64,000 nucleotides of DNA, from assembly GCF_001194135.2 (NCBI RefSeq), contig NC_068997.1, positions 38,636,586 through 38,700,585 on the forward strand. Reading direction: 5' to 3'. The translations under genes were made by a program, and so were the position numbers. The notes below the pieces were generated by a model. That model had not been told where the DNA came from and did no database searches. It saw nothing but the letters and a program-made list of their open reading frames with translations. This stretch comes from Octopus bimaculoides. Its lineage: Eukaryota. Positions 61,965-64,000 of the stretch are shown here, one piece after another (position 1 is the stretch's first letter; each line of letters opens with the position of its first letter).

Positions 61965-62626
61965 TATGTTACTATATTTGGTATGGACATGTGGTGAGAA
62001 TGGAGGAGGATAGCTGCGTGAAAAAGTGCCACACCCTAACAGTTGAGGGAACCCGTGGAAGAGGTAGGCCCAGGAAGACCTGGGCTGAGGTGGTGAGGCA
62101 AGACCTTCGTACATTGGGCCTCACCGAGGCGATGACTACTGACCGAGATCTTTGGAAATGTGATCGTTGCCAGTGCCCCTGGACTGGTTCTTNNNNNNNN
62201 NNNNNNNNNNNNNNNNNNNNNNNNNNNNNNNNNNNNNNNNNNNNNNNNNNNNNNNNNNNNNNNNNNNNNNNNNNNNNNNNNNNNNNNNNNNNNNNNNNNN
62301 NNNNNNNNNNNNNNNNNNNNNNNNNNNNNNNNNNNNNNNNNNNNNNNNNNNNNNNNNNNNNNNNNNNNNNNNNNNNNNNNNNNNNNNNNNNNNNNNNNNN
62401 NAAAAGACACCATTTCGAGCGTGGCCGTTTTCGTGCGGGTGACACGTAAAAGCACCCACTACACTCTCTGAGTGGTTGGCGTTAGGAAGGGCATCCAGCT
62501 GTAGAAACTCTGCCAAATCAGACTGGAGCCTGGTGTTGCCATCCGGTTTCACCAGTCCTCAGTCAAATCGTCCAACCCATGCTAGCATGGAAAGCGGACG
62601 TTAAACGATGATGATGATGATGATGA
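61965..62626 (+). mobile_element. Young RTE-type LINE 3' fragment (RT C-terminus, 3' UTR, (ATG)n tail), spans a gap
   Basis: FGMDMW...EEDSCVKKCHTLTVEGTRGRGRPRKTW...DRDLWK. Confidence 0.9.
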
Positions 62627-62916
62627 AAATACATAGAAGAAGAGAAACGTTTATAATTATGAACAAGTCAAAATTATAACTAAGAGGGTTTCAAAACCCT
62701 TACATGTTTAGAAATAGCAGTCAAAACTGCTATAAAGCCATTTTTGCCACTCATATTATATGTATATGTGTAAACATATGTATAGCAAAACATAAGTTAG
62801 AAGTTATGCAACCATCTAAGGGATAGATGTATCTGTAGGCACTCCTGGTGTATTACCTTACTTTGTATAGTCTTAGCTATAAGGTAGACAGTAGTAGGTA
62901 ATTTAAAAGTAAAAAC

Positions 62917-63431
62917 CATATATAGAAAAAAAAAAAAAAGAAATGGAGCAATAATTAACAATAAGAAGTTGATCATTGGTATTAAAAGTTATTATTTAAT
63001 TGTAGTTTAGAACCATTTACAGCTGTTTCTGCTTATCAAATCGGATTAAATTTACATTTACCTCGTTACATTTAACAAACATCTTGAGAATGACTTTAGA
63101 GGGCATCCGAAGGAGTTTGTCCCCACTTACTGCCCCATGCATCCAATGGAGGAAACTACAAACACATGGAACCCAACAAGTCACCAAAATGTAAGCCTAA
63201 AGACTTAACGAACTTTTTCCTTTTTTTCTTTGTCTTTTCCTTTCATTATCCTCTAAAGTCATTCTAAAGATATTTGTTAGATGTAACGAGGTAAATGTAA
63301 ATTTAATCCGATTTGATAAACAGAAACAGCTGTAAATGGTTCTAAACTGCAATTAAATAATGACTTTTTAATACCAATGATCAACTTCTCATTGTTAATT
63401 ATTGCCCCATTTCTTATCTTTTCTACATATG
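62917..63431. mobile_element. Foldback element / large MITE with about 165-bp inverted arms
   Basis: 62938-63102 is the reverse complement of 63250-63415 (about 9 differences); 147-nt spacer. Confidence 0.85.
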
Positions 63432-63585
63432 TATATACATATGTATGTGTATATCAAGTTGGTAGAACTTAACAGTAAATTTGACCCTACATTCAATATA
63501 GAGTCACACCATCAGTAAATGTTCTGCTGTTATTCTAAAACATGCTTAAAAATAATAACCTTATTTTAATGTGTGTGTGTATATA

Positions 63586-64000
63586 CAATGGTTGGACAAA
63601 TGAATGGAAACATCTTAAAATTTCAAACAAATTTATTTTAATATGGGGTAGGGACTGTCTTTGGCAGTAAGTACAGCTTGAATTCTACAAGGTATGGACT
63701 CGTACAAAGTTTGAATTGTTTCCAAAGGAATTTTTGTCCATTCTTCATCTAAAACAGTCTCCAGTTCTTGTAGTGATGATGGTGGAGGATATTGACTCCT
63801 TATTTGTTTTTCTAAAATGCACCATAAATGTTCAATAATATTGAGACCTGGGGACTGTGGTGGCCAGATAAGATGTTCAACTTCACTAGAATGTTCCTCT
63901 TGCCATTCAGTAACAACTTTAGCTGTGTGAATTGGTGCATTATCATCTTGAAAGATTGCATTTCCCTCCAGAAACAGTTCCGCAACCATAGGATGAATTT
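63586..64000 (-). mobile_element. Tc1-like transposon 3' half with DD36E spacing, runs off the window
   Basis: TA + CAATGGTTGGACAAA terminus; ORF 63633-63989 FQDDNAPIH...WPPQSPGLNIIE. Confidence 0.88.

Noticed and set aside
63140-63196. PMEETTNTWNPTSHQN followed by GTAAGC as PSMD3 exon 3
   Set aside because: No AG acceptor before the Pro codon, no LLPEV motif, and it lies in the spacer of a foldback element.

Overview
Eukaryotic (animal) genomic DNA, AT-rich, repeat-dense and containing nine N-gaps. The repeat content (tRNA-derived SINEs, RTE-type LINE 3' ends with (ATG)n tails, (AT)n/(AC)n/(ATC)n microsatellites) looks like an octopus genome; this is inferred from pattern recognition, not a search. 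Two host genes lie on the + strand. The first is a complete 9-coding-exon PRRC1 orthologue (10231-31128, 1158 nt CDS, 385 aa; all splice phases checked and consistent). The second is the first two coding exons of the proteasome lid subunit PSMD3/Rpn3 (42199-47480); I found no later exon in the window. The remainder is a mosaic of mobile elements: a degraded LTR retroelement with a DIRS-like RNase H, a Penelope-like GIY-YIG fragment, two minimal hammerhead-ribozyme motifs, a Helitron, Tc1/mariner elements with D34D, D37D and D36E spacing, piggyBac- and hAT-type MITEs, at least four SINE types, and RTE and CR1 LINE fragments. Most notable: the hammerhead motifs upstream of PRRC1, a TSD-bounded 5'-inverted (twin-priming-like) RTE insertion, filled versus empty copies of a young LINE insertion site, a locally templated chimeric insertion, and several long inverted repeats in introns or 3' regions that could form dsRNA. 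No CRISPR array, rRNA or bona fide tRNA gene was seen. All alignments and mismatch counts were done by eye.
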